From Strigamia acuminata (Eukaryota): a stretch of DNA of 64,000 bases. The notes under the pieces are model-generated. The model was not told where the DNA came from, made no database searches, and was given only the letters and a program-made list of their open reading frames with translations. The stretch spans positions 32,798,001 to 32,862,000 of the forward strand of contig OX442314.1 in NCBI GenBank assembly GCA_949358305.1. The letters run 5' to 3'. How positions within the stretch are numbered: position 1 is the first letter of the stretch; the number at the start of each line of letters is the position of its first letter. The translations under genes were made by a program, and so were the position numbers. Of the stretch, positions 50,457-62,047 are shown one piece after another.

Positions 50457-52660
50457 TGTTGATTCTATCAACTCCAATTATAATGGACAACCAAATAAAA
50501 CACCTTTTAAAGTCCGATGGTCTTTAGTTTTAGCCGATTAGTTTGGATTGCAAGAAAAGCATGTATACACGGTGGATTACATTTTGAACAGTGATTGTTT
50601 ATTAAACAGGAAATGCTACTTTACTATTTCGCCCCCTTTATACATTGAAAATAGAACAACCCGTTTTCATTGTGGGTCACTGAAGTGACCCTCTGGTGGC
50701 CAAACATGGCGCCACCTCCAATTCCCCCCAATTGGCATGTCCTTTTAAAACACCAGTTTTTACAGTCCCCCCCGTCCCCCGGAGATGGACCTCCATTTTC
50801 ACTTGAATCGGTTTTCGTAGTTTTGTCCAGTTTCCGAGTCTTAAATCGCACGATCTAATCTTTCCGTCACGTCTTGTTTTCGTTGATGTAATGCGTTCAT
50901 ACTGCAAAGTGATGTCTTGTTCGTTTGTTGTTTTCCCCGACGTTTGCAAAATTCGTTGTCCCGACGCTCGCCAAATTCGTGGCACCGACTTCGCCCCATT
51001 CGTTGTCCCGACGCTCGCCACATTCGTTGTCTCGATGCTCACTAAATTCGTGGTCCCGCCGTTCGTCCAATTCGTCGCCTCGATGTTCGTCCAATGCGTC
51101 GCCTCAACTTTTAAACTGTAAGTAATGTCATTGTAATTATTATGTAACAATTTGACCCGATTTCTTTTCGCAATTGTCGTTTCGGTCGCTCCAAATATCA
51201 ATAATGCAATATCTTGCTCTCCAGTTTTTCCTAAGTTTAGTTCACAAGACAGTTTTTCCCACATCCCACATCGGGTGTAGTCGATTGTTGGTTTCGTTGG
51301 TTCGTTCAAAGTTGTATTCACGTTGATTTCGGTCTTCTCATCTGTTTGAACTGGTTTTTCCCACATCCCACATCGGGTGTAGTCGATATCTGGAACTGCC
51401 GATTGAATTTGCGTCGCGTTAATGCTGATCTCGTCCTTCTTGCTGTTCGTTACATTGTTCGCCAAATTCATCGCATCAGCGTTCGCCCAATTGTTTGCCA
51501 AATTGTTTGCCAAATTTATCGTATCGGCGTTTATCAAATTCGTCGCTCGAACGTCCGCCAAAATAGTATTTGTATCTCGAATGTCCGCCAAAATCGTAGC
51601 TCGAACGCTTGCCAAATTTGCCGCCCCGACGTTCGTTGTCCCGACGTTCGCCAAATTTGCTGCATCGCCGTTCGCCCAATTCTCTGCCCCGACGCTTGTC
51701 AAATTCGTGGCCTCGACGTTCGCTGTCTCGATGTTCGTTGTCCCAATGCTCGCCCAATTGTTCGCCAAATTTATCGTATCGGCGCTTGTCAAATTCGTCG
51801 CTCGAACGTCCGCCAAAATAGTATTTGTATCTCGAATGTCCGCCAAAATCGTATCTTGAACGCTCGCCAAATTCGCCGCCCCGACGTTCGTGAAATTCGT
51901 GTTCGATTGTAAAGTCGTCCCGCGGTTCGGTAAATATGGATTAATGTTTGGTAAATTCATATTCGATACTTGCTGTTTTTTCGACTTTATCTCCCTTATT
52001 GCAGCCTCGAGTCGGACCTCCGCTTCGATCATTTCATCTTGAAATTCATCTGCTTCCATTGAATCGTCCATCACCTCGTTTAGATTCGTAATGGCGTCGG
52101 CCACGCGGAGATCCAATTCCTCAATTTCGGACCGTTTCGTCGTCAATTGCGCCTTTAACCAACGTAACTTCACCGTGCTGATCGGGTGGTTTTTCATCTC
52201 GTTTTTTGACGTGTTCATGAGGTTTCGGACACCTCCCCTCGCTGCTTCTCTCTGCTTCCTTGTGTTTGCCAAATCAGCCATTTTATCGCGATTTTCCGAT
52301 TTTCCTAGTATTCCGTGATCATTTTTCGATTGTCCCGGGTTTCGGCACCAAATGTTGGTTCTATCAACTCCAATTATAATGGACAACCAAATAAAACACC
52401 TTTTAAAGTCCGATGGTCTTTAGTTTTAGCCGATTAGTTTGGATTGCAAGAAAAGCATGTATACACGGTGGATTACATTTTGAACAGTGATTGTTTATTA
52501 AACAGGAAATGCTACTTTACTATTTCGCCCCCTTTATACATTGAAAATAGAACAACCCGTTTTCATTGTGGGTCACTGAAGTGACCCTCTGGTGGCCAAA
52601 CATGGCGCCACCTCCAATTCCCCCCAATTGGCATGTCCTTTTAAAACACCAGTTTTTACA
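50457..52660 (-). mobile_element. Non-autonomous BEL-derived mini LTR element (2.2 kb)
   Basis: 308-bp LTRs 50457-50764 and 52353-52660 (one difference seen), TSD cccaa, perfect tRNA-Phe PBS 52333-52350, G-rich PPT 50765-50780 on the minus strand. Confidence 0.95.
50677..52281 (-). CDS. Chimeric 534-aa protein: BEL Gag N-terminus + N/T/A-rich repeats + protease remnant + integrase C-terminal tail
   Basis: Open frame from MADLANTRKQ. The N-terminus resembles BEL3 MADDLAVLKAQR. LNLGKTGEQDIALLIFG..RNRVKL matches the BEL post-protease region and RDGKIRSCDL...LRKPIQ matches the BEL integrase tail. Confidence 0.75.
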   Translation of the reverse strand: MADLANTRKQREAARGGVRNLMNTSKNEMKNHPISTVKLRWLKAQLTTKRSEIEELDLRVADAITNLNEVMDDSMEADEFQDEMIEAEVRLEAAIREIKSKKQQVSNMNLPNINPYLPNRGTTLQSNTNFTNVGAANLASVQDTILADIRDTNTILADVRATNLTSADTINLANNWASIGTTNIETANVEATNLTSVGAENWANGDAANLANVGTTNVGAANLASVRATILADIRDTNTILADVRATNLINADTINLANNLANNWANADAMNLANNVTNSKKDEISINATQIQSAVPDIDYTRCGMWEKPVQTDEKTEINVNTTLNEPTKPTIDYTRCGMWEKLSCELNLGKTGEQDIALLIFGATETTIAKRNRVKLLHNNYNDITYSLKVEATHWTNIEATNWTNGGTTNLVSIETTNVASVGTTNGAKSVPRIWRASGQRILQTSGKTTNEQDITLQYERITSTKTRRDGKIRSCDLRLGNWTKLRKPIQVKMEVHLRGTGGTVKTGVLKGHANWGELEVAPCLATRGSLQ

Positions 52661-55600
52661 CCCAACAATATGGAGTCCCTGTCTTTATTTACATGAGCAT
52701 GCGTCCTACCCCATGGTAACACGTCCCCAAGTTGCCATGGATAAGATCATGCCGTCACATCGTTAGACCATAGGCATTGACCAAAATTGATAAGGTTAAT
52801 CACACAGGGGGGTTGGATTGTCTTTGTTTTCTCTGGAAAAGTCCACCCATAGTGAACGTTGGTCTTCCTCTGTGGAAGACCCATCCACAACTGCTTTCTG
52901 TGCTGGGTAGATTTACACTGGACCTTTCGTGACACACTTGCACCATTCAGTTTTACCTCCTCCCTATTATTAGTCCCCATAAATCTGCCATGCAATATTA
53001 TTTAAAATTACTATTTCAATTGTAGTAGCATGCTTTACCTGGGCTACAGTAAAAATTTGTTTTTTCAGAATCACTGGTGTTTGAGAAATCTTTTCAAATT
53101 GACATTTTTGTTGCTCCGCACAATTTATCCGTAAGTTGGTTGTTAGGAAAATGTTACCATCAGACTGATGTTTCAATAACTGCAAGCTAAAATTCTGTAA
53201 TATCAAATCAAAAAAATATGTACAATATAAATAAACTTCCTTATTTTAAATTATACAGTATAGTTAACATATTTTAAAAATAAAATATATTGAATGTTAA
53301 TCTTTGTAGATTAATCTGTAACAGTGGTTTTCATTTTGGTGTCATCAATTAATGACCCTGTGTCGTTTTGAACGAGAAGATTTGGTTACACCATGTACTT
53401 TTAGATGTGTTGAAATAAACGGTGTTAATTAAGAACAAAATAAACATTCTGCAAACATACTGTTAATAATACTTAAACTATTGACTCATACATTACTGTG
53501 TTCAGCATATGTGAATAAGTAAACTGTATTCTGTCTCCATATGATTAGATCCTGTAATAAGGGCAAATCTAGATCATGCTTTGGATTTGGAGTTCCTCGT
53601 GTTTCCTTGATGACAAATATCAACACTTTGTTTTCAATTGATGAGAAACTATACTGGGCAAGCTGAAATAATGATTAATTTTAAAATGTAAAACAAGTGT
53701 GTACTGTTAGAATTAGAACTAGAAAAAAGTGTTTTCGCAACACAACCAACATGTGGGTAGATGGGAGTCTCCAATCCCTAAACAACGAGACTAATAAAGG
53801 GCAACAACCCAACAATCTGAAGTTCCTTGTCTTATTGACGTGAGTATGCTCCCCACCCCACGGTAACTAAAACCAGTCCCCAGGCTGCCATGGAGAAGAC
53901 CATAGCAGTCACACATTCATGGCAGTCGGTCGACAAATATATCTAGAATGGTGATTACCGGTAGATCTTTACCTGCTCAAAACTTTCTATCCAAATGAGA
54001 ACCAGCTGGAAAGGAGTATAATCGAAATCTAATGACGCATTACTGAATCGTTGTGCTGACATTTGAATTTTACCAATCCAATTGAAACGGATTAATTTCG
54101 TCAAACAGTTTGAAACTAAAATAGGAACGGAAGATAAATAAATACATAAACCTAAATAAAATTTGGGATTTTTACTAACCATAATCATCCTGATAATAAA
54201 TAATGTGTATTCTTCTCGTGTTTGTGATTTGTACAATTTTAGATAATTGAAAATCGAGTTCATTATAGTCAGCAAAGTGTGAGTTAGCTAAAGAAGTGTT
54301 TTCCCGTGCTAAAATTAAAGGTAAATGAACACATATCCTAGGTTAGTTGCCATAATTTCTTTAAAATTCCTGATTATTTTTCAATTACTGTTTGAAATGC
54401 CGATAACTCCAGAAAAGAAGCAAACGAAGCAAACTCTTAGAACCTTCATTCTCCCAGTTGTCCACGTCTGGTCGTTAATCACAACATGCACGATTCAAAA
54501 TACACGACCACACTATGTTAATTATTCATTTGCTGGTGATTTGCTTTGGCAACTGTTGCCCAGTTAACTCGATTTAAATTAATAAGTTATGAGTTAATTG
54601 GCATGCGGAGTCTACAATCAACAAACATGTCGTGAATGTCCAAGGTCTTGACCAGAAGCCTGGAGGCGAGCCTGAGGGCGGGTCCAATAACAAAATTTTC
54701 TTCTTTTGACGTTTTTCTATGTGCTAGAAAAGGAAAACAACACAGCTGTAACGATTTTCTTTGTAGCAGAAATGACGTAGAATAGTGACGTTGAAACGTG
54801 AAAGGATCCCAATTCCAGTATAGTTGTACAGCAGAAGATAGACGCGGCTCCACATTCACAACTTAAAATATTAATCATTCAAAAGTTATTTGTATTGATT
54901 TACTGTGCAAAGTTTTACTTGCAGGCACACTATGACAAATAAAACAAGATTGTTTTTGTAAATATTTTTCCTGTAATAAATAAAAGTAAAGACTGCCGTC
55001 GCTTCTACTCATTTTTCCAACCAAACCAAATAAAAAGGGAAAGCACACTTTTTAATACAACTGGAAACGACACTGAACGACATCGCGCAAAGAGTTGCGC
55101 AATCAGTTGATCACACGCAAACAGTTGTAGAAAAAATGATCACCTTTGACCTGGGTTAATTCGTTAATTGAACTAATTCCGGCTTATTGAAACTAGCAGA
55201 TCATTTCATCTTTGCTCGATCAAGCTTTTTGCTCACAGAAAGATTAAATTATCAACAATGAGTAGCAGTTTAATTAAGAAAACGCGAACGAGTTGAAAAG
55301 CAGAGGGTCAAAAGGAAGAAAGCCGCCAAAGTGATCCGGAAAAAGGCAAAGACCAGTCAGCCAGTTGTGGAGCAACAATAGGATTTCGCTCAAACAGTGT
55401 TTAATCAAAACAAAAATTAAAAGAGAGCTCAGAAAGAGAGAAACAACTTCCGAAAGACATGTAATACGTTGCAAAGATTTAATTAATGACGATAAAGAGT
55501 GTGACGGTTACGACGTCATGTTAAAAGCTAAGTTCACCAATAAATGGCGCTATTCATCTTTTTAGTGGTAAATTCAAATTTGTACATCATTAATGTGTTA

Positions 55601-56534
55601 ATTATATAAAATCAAGGTTTTATATAATTTCCCCTGTCTCCACACATTACATTAGATTAATATAATATATTTGTGTGACTATTTAACCAGTTCTGTTATG
55701 ATTCTAGACAAATTAAATTATAACTTAAACTTGGCCAAAAGATTAAGTCACCCCTTGTAGCAGAGGAGTGGGCGCAAAACGGTATTAAACCGTGTGAAAG
55801 CGTGAATTTTAAACACAAAAGGCGTCGCACTTCACGTGCGAACGATTTAGCGATAACGAGAGTCGGCTCGGCTAATGCACTCATATGCCGTGATAAGACA
55901 ATAATACACATTAATTAAAAGCATAAATGTGGTTTAATATGACCGAACTCATCAATGAGGCAATTCGACTTCTCGAATGCGTTCAAAATTGTGACGATGA
56001 AGGTAAAACGAAAATCGTTCAATTGCTGGATAACTTTATTATTTCCGGTGCTGTGTTCGGCTTCACTGCATACTTTGTGTAGTGACCGCCATGTTCTCTT
56101 TGGGCGCTGTACCGCCAGCGCCACCTATGTATTTTGAATATTAAATAAATCACTTGTTAGTTTAACCCCAACATGAACTGACCTTTATTTCCGACCACCT
56201 TCTACACGAATATTAATTAGTAAAGTACATACTAAATGGCGACGAGATCGGATCAAAAATCCACGTTCAACTAATGAATCCAGTAGCGAAGCAAGTTTTT
56301 CCGTGTTTTTCGAACTTCTTGACCACTTTTTCGGCCCGTTGCTGACCACGCCGTCCCGACGTTAGGCCTATCGTTCCGTTTTCGAATTTTCTTTGCGTTA
56401 TCGTCTCCCAGCGTCGACTTTTGCCAACAAAATGTCCGCTTTAAAAGGAACACCGCGAGAATACGATCCAGCGGACGACTGGGGCCTGTATTGCAAGCGA
56501 ATGACGAGCATTTTTACTTGCAACAATATCGTTA

Positions 56535-57150
56535 AGCCTGCTATTTTTGCGGACTAAAAACATTGAAATTGCGGGCGGAAAGCGGATCAAAAAACTGCCA
56601 TTTTGCGGACGTATTGCGGACGTATTGCGGACGTATTGCGGGCTCATCCGGAAAGTTTTTGACCAAAATTTCAAGGTTTTAAACGAAATTTGAAGTGTTT
56701 AAAGAAAGTTTTAAGTTTTTAAAAAAAATTTGAAGTTTTTAAAGGAAATTTGAAGTATTTAAAGGAACTTTAAAGTTTTAAAACAAAATTTGAAGTTTTA
56801 AAACAAAATTTAAAGTTTTTAAACGAAATTTGAAGTGTTTAAACAAAATTTTAAGTTTTTAAACATAATGTGTAGTTTTTAAACAAAATTTGAAGTTTTT
56901 AAACATAATTTTAAGTTGTTAAACATAATTTTAAGTTGTTAAACATAATTTTAAGTTGTTAAACATAATTTTAAGTTGTTAAACATAATTTTTTAAACGA
57001 AATTATCACGCAATACTATCACACCTGAAATTTGCCAATAATGGCCCATTATTGACCAATAATGGGCTATTATTGGCAAATTGCGGATTTTCCGCAAAAT
57101 TGCGGTAACATGGTCAAATTGCGGAAATTGCGGAGAAAAAACTGCATCAG
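56535..57150. repeat. Foreign repeat block replacing most of Gypsy gag/protease: 11-bp x3, 21-bp minisatellite (about 56660-56997), 53-bp palindrome (about 57029-57081)
   Basis: tgcggacgtat repeats; ttttaagttgttaaacataat units; aatttgccaataat...attattggcaaatt. Probably a DNA-transposon fragment. Confidence 0.7.
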
Positions 57151-57229
57151 AATTGACCAGGAAAATTGGCCATCAAAGTTGCACATGTCAATCTTTTAAT
57201 GGAAATGGAAATCTCAAAACATACACTAA

Positions 57230-60200
57230 ATATTTTTCTGATTTTCCATTGCAGCCCCTTCCGATCCAGATGAATATGTACGGCGGCACGACACTCCGAA
57301 TGGAAGGGGTATGCGAAGTTCCGGTTCGTCATCGTGATCGCGACTTTCGTTTGCCGTTGTGTGTGGCAACTCACGGCCCCATTCCTCTTCTTGGCCGCGA
57401 CTGGCTCGAAGCATTTGGTTTGCTGTCAGCAACTGGCGATTTAGTGGGCGCAGAAGTATTTTCGCTGTCCACATCGACGTCATCGCCCGAGAAGCTCGAC
57501 AAGACGTTGTCCGACGGTTTGGACACGATTTTGGCATGCCATGCCAACGTCTTTCGAGAAGAAATCGGTTGTTACAACGTACACAAGGTCCACATCGACA
57601 TCGATCCGGCTGTGCAACCGATATTTTTGAAGAATTATCCAGTTCCGCTCGCGATGAAGCCACGACTGGAGGAAGAGCTGCGCAGACTGCAGGATCTAGG
57701 TATCATAACTCCTGTCGCTTCTTCTAAATGGGCGACACCCATTATGCATGTCCTTAAATCAGACGGAACACTAAAGATAGCGGGTTGCTATAATAGAACC
57801 ATAAATAAGGCGGTTCTCCCCAATTCTTACCCTTTGTCTCTGTTTGAAGACGTTGCAGCGAAGTTGTCGGGCGGTGAGACATATTCTACTTTAGATATGA
57901 ATCACGCCTACAATCAGCTTGAGTTGGATGCAGAGAGCAAACTAGTGTGCACAATTAATACCCACTTGGGTCTCTTTACAGTAAATCGTCTTTTTTATGG
58001 AATTTCAAGTGCTCCTGCAATCTTCCAACGTGAGATGGACAAACTGACCGCTAAAGTCGAGAGTACGCAGCCGTTCATCGATGATTCGGCGGTGACCGGT
58101 GCCACGAATGCAGCCCATTTACACAACTTGGACCAACTCCTGGGCGCTTTTAATAAGGCCAATTTAACGTTAAATCGGAAAAAGTGCAAGTTTTTGCGTG
58201 CGTGTGTGCAGTTTTTAGGGCTGAACATTTCCAAGCAAGGAATATCGCCCGTGGACTCAAAATTGGCTCCATTTCGCAACGCCATGCAGCCCACCGATGT
58301 TTTATCACTGAAGTCGTTCCTGGGGCTCATAAACTATTATGGCAAATTTATTAATAACTTGTCTACCTTGTTAGAGCCGCTCTACCGCTTGATGCACGAC
58401 GACACTCCGTGGTCGTGGGGACCGGAACAACACAAGGCCTGGACGAAGGTCAAAGCAGCTGTGACCACCGACTCAGCGCTGGCACACTACGACGCGAAGA
58501 AACAACTTTACCTGACCGTTGATGCCTCGCCGGTTGGTGTGGGCGCCTTTATTTCCCACGTAGAAAAAGGAATCCATCGTCCAATCGCCTTTGCCAGTTC
58601 CCTTTTGTCCAGCGCGCAGAAAAATTATGCGCGAATTGACCGCGAAGGTCTTGCGATCGTTTATGGCGTCCGCCGCTTCCACCACCACCTGTTTGGAAGA
58701 GAGTTTATTTTGCGAACTGATCATAAACCGCTCGTGGCTATTTTCGGTGAAAAGAAAGGATGCAACCAGATTGTTGCAGCTCGGTTGCACCGGTGGGCAA
58801 TATTCCTAAGCGCCTACGATTATGCTATCGAGCATGTGCCTGCGGTCAACAACCAAATTGCAGATGGATTGTCTTGCAATCCTCAACCCGTGGTCGACAG
58901 TCGAGAAGACCTCGATATGCACGTTAACGAGATATTTTCTGTTTCTCTTTCACAGTTCCCGGTATCGCAGGCAGCCTTGCGTGCAGCATACGACGCAGAC
59001 GCCCAATTGCAAGCAGTTCTGCAGTGCATCCGAGACGGATGGAAATCAAAGACCCCTGACTTAATAAATTTTTATAAGCACAGGTCCGCATTTTCCACAC
59101 ATGGACCATTCTTGTTCCTGTCGGAGCGTTTGGTCGTGCTAGAGCAGCTTCGCCGTGCAGTCCTGACGGAATTACACGCAGAACATTTCGTGCAACAGTT
59201 TGGTGGCCGTCCATCGACCGTGACGTCGAGACGATGGTGCGCTCGTGCGACGTTTGTCAGGGCGCGCTGCTGGACCCACCAAAGACGTCCGACTTGCGTT
59301 GGCCTATTCCCGACGAAATTTGGGGACGCGTTCACCTCGACTTCGCCGGCCCCTTTTATGGCAAAATTTTCCTGTTGGCCGTTGATGCGCGGACCAAGTG
59401 GTGCGAAGTCCGAGCGATGACCACCACTACCTCGAAAGCGACGATTGCTATCCTAAAGTGCTGGTTTAAACGCCACGGCTTGCCGATTCACGTTCACTCC
59501 GACAACGGGCCGCAATTTACGTCGGCGGAATTCGTTGACTTCCTGTCCCGTAACGGCATCCGACACACTCGTTCACCGCCTTTCCACCCAGCCACCAACG
59601 GAGCTGTGGAAGGCTTCGTCAAGACTTTCAAAACTCAAGTCGGAAAGTTTTTAAACCTGAATTTAAACATTGCAGAAGTCGTTGACCAGTTCCTGATCGC
59701 CTATCGCTCGACGCCGCATGTCTCAACACGAATCACGCCGTCCGAGGCATTCCTACAACGAACTGTTCGAACAAGGTTGCATCTGCTCAATCCGCGCTTA
59801 ATGCCGGAACCAACAAATGTAGAAACGAGACGTTCCTTCGAGCCTGGGGAATTGGTGTTCGCGCGCGACTATTTGCACGCCTCAAGATGGGTCCCAGGCG
59901 TAATTTCATCCAAAACTTCGTCAACCACTTACGATGTGACCGTCGGAAACGCCGTGATGTGGAACAGACATGCAGACCAACTCAGAAAGCGCCAGACCTT
60001 GAGCACTCAGCCTTCGGAGGGGGGGAGAAATTGTAAGCATTTTCCGCTCCTCGACATGAATTCAGATCCCGAAAACACACCGCCTGTTGTTCAACCGCAA
60101 GTGTTTAACTCTCCTCCAAATTCACCCAATCCACCGAATGTTCGGGACGTGAGTCCAGCTCCCACACCTCCTCCTGTCCCTGTCCTTACTCCTGTTGCTC

Positions 60201-60265
60201 CGTACCGCCATCCTCAGCGCACGCGCAACCCGACACAATTCTACGGATACGACGCAAGAAATTGA
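57230..60265 (+). pseudogene. Gypsy Pol (RT, RNase H, integrase), frameshifted
   Basis: SKWATPI, FIDD, DASPVGVGA, TDHKPL, DFAGP, SDNGPQF, HPATNG. Deletion and frameshift in the integrase Zn finger at about 59190-59234. Confidence 0.9.
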
Positions 60266-62047
60266 GTGTAATTGTATGTCTTTTTAGTAATTTGGTTCAT
60301 TGTCTAGTCTTAATGCAACTATTGTTAATTTGTAAGTTGATTAATGTTCCATTAATGGGGAATGATGCTGTGTTCGGCTTCACTGCATAGTTTGTGTAGT
60401 GACCGCCATGTTCTCTTTGGGCGCTGTACCCCCAGCGCCACCTATGTATTTTGAATATTAAATAAATCACTTGTTAGTTTAACCCCAACATGAACTGACC
60501 GTTATTTCCGATCACCTTCTACACGAATATTAATTAGTAAAGTACATACTATCCGGCATTAATGGCGACCACATTTCCATGGTGTTCGAGGTGTTGGGGG
60601 ACAGTTTGTCGACGTTGATCGCAAAGTCGGGACTAAGGGGCCTCCCAATAGCCATCGTAAAGAACATGGGTCCAGTGCCGACATTTGGAGCGCCGCTTGC
60701 ACGGCGTTCGATTAGGCGACTGGGTCGTATCTCTTTGGGTCTCATGTAAAAGAAAATCTCGAGGAGGACGAGGAGCATTTGGCCCAGATTGCCAAGTTCC
60801 TCGGAGATATCCCGCTCAAGATAGTTTTTAGAGCGAAGAATAGAAAGGATTTATTCACCGATGAAGGAAAACTAAAAAAATACCCTGAAATCCAAAGTGA
60901 CGGACTAGTACAGCTGTTGACGAGGAAATTTAGATGGAATGTTGATGAAGCGCAGCAATTTGCGGATTTTTTACTGCCAATGTTGGCGATTAATCCGAAC
61001 GACCGTTCCTCAGCGAAGAAGTCACTCGGCCATCAGTGGCTACAATTTTAATATAAAGATTTTTTTAAATATAGTTTAAATAATGTTTTAAATCACTTGT
61101 GATGTATTATCTTAAAAATGCCCAATGTCCACGAAAACGTAAAAAAAAATGTGTTCATATTGTATAATTGTATAACTTGATTAACAATTTTCTCTTCTAA
61201 TAACTCCGATAAAATTACTTCAATTATTTTTTAAATTAATCAATCACCACGCAGGTGACTGCGGGATGCATGCCATTGCGAAGGAATTACTTAACTTAAA
61301 ATAATTTGAAATAACAAACCAAAACCAATCCAATTAATGGCCCTAAATTACGAAAACAGCTACTCCGTTATCGTGGGCTATTTTCACCTAAATTAAGTGG
61401 AAATAACCCAGAGTATTTTTCAAGTACAGTACTTAAGTTGAAATAACCACGGCACTGCTTAAAAAAAACGGTTTTACACGAACATCACAGAATTAGAAAA
61501 TTCTACGATTGTTCCGTGTCAATTTTGTACTTACCCGAGCAATCAGCTTCAGCACACGTTCAACCTGGAGCATTTTGACTCGTCGTATAAACCAGAGACA
61601 CGAAATGTACGATATGCAGCTAAGGTCTATCGAAATAAGAACTCATATCACTATTTAACAAAATGTTCGATCCATTTTAAGCTGCTTGATACAATATTTA
61701 CCGTTTTCGCCAGCTGCTCACGCCGATATCGTCGCCGCCATGCTTTTATGCAGCCCACTGTTGCCATCTGGCGAAGAAATTGTTAAACTCTAATAAAAAC
61801 GCTCCAAAATCGGATATTTTGTAGTTAATTTCTTGATATCTGCAGAAAAAATAAAACAATTCTGAACACTCTCTTTTCCTTTACGGTTCGTTTGGTTTAA
61901 ATAAACCACTAAACCCGGAAAAACACTACCGGTAGCTTTTTGTACACACAAATTTTTGATAATAACCGTAAACACATTTCGGTTTTGCTTTTAACATATA
62001 AATTTTACCATCCAGAACTTTTCTTCACTCAGTGTCCTGAAAAAATA

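Larger units (their letters stand above)
46015..54870 (-). pseudogene. Ionotropic receptor gene copy 3, carrying three insertions
   Basis: Colinear with copy 2 (FFKPFSMVVWLCI, LIISSYSVVLYASLT, AFLILIGGVF). Contains the solo LTR, a MITE and the mini-BEL. The 5' end is approximate. Confidence 0.8.
56049..60551 (+). mobile_element. Ty3/Gypsy (Mag-like) LTR retrotransposon, defective
   Basis: 186-bp LTRs 56049-56234 and 60366-60551 (4 differences seen), TSD tccgg, PBS tggcgacgag (tRNA-Ser GCU type), RT-RNaseH-integrase order. Confidence 0.93.
55940..61051 (+). pseudogene. SRPK: Intronless SRPK pseudogene split by a Gypsy insertion
   Basis: IRLLECVQ...KIVQLLDNFIIS|GINGDHISMVFEVLG joins across TSD tccgg. 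It then jumps at about 60666 to ADIWSAACTAFD*ATGSYLF...FLLPML...HQWL. The catalytic loop is deleted. Confidence 0.88.

Noticed and set aside
51346..51912. Plus-strand Cys/Arg-rich and hydrophobic repeat ORFs
   Set aside because: These are antisense or alternative frames of the mini-BEL repeat region, open because of the repeat composition.
56660..56997. CRISPR-like repeat array
   Set aside because: Head-to-tail 21-bp AT-rich units without unique spacers, in a eukaryotic context with no cas genes.
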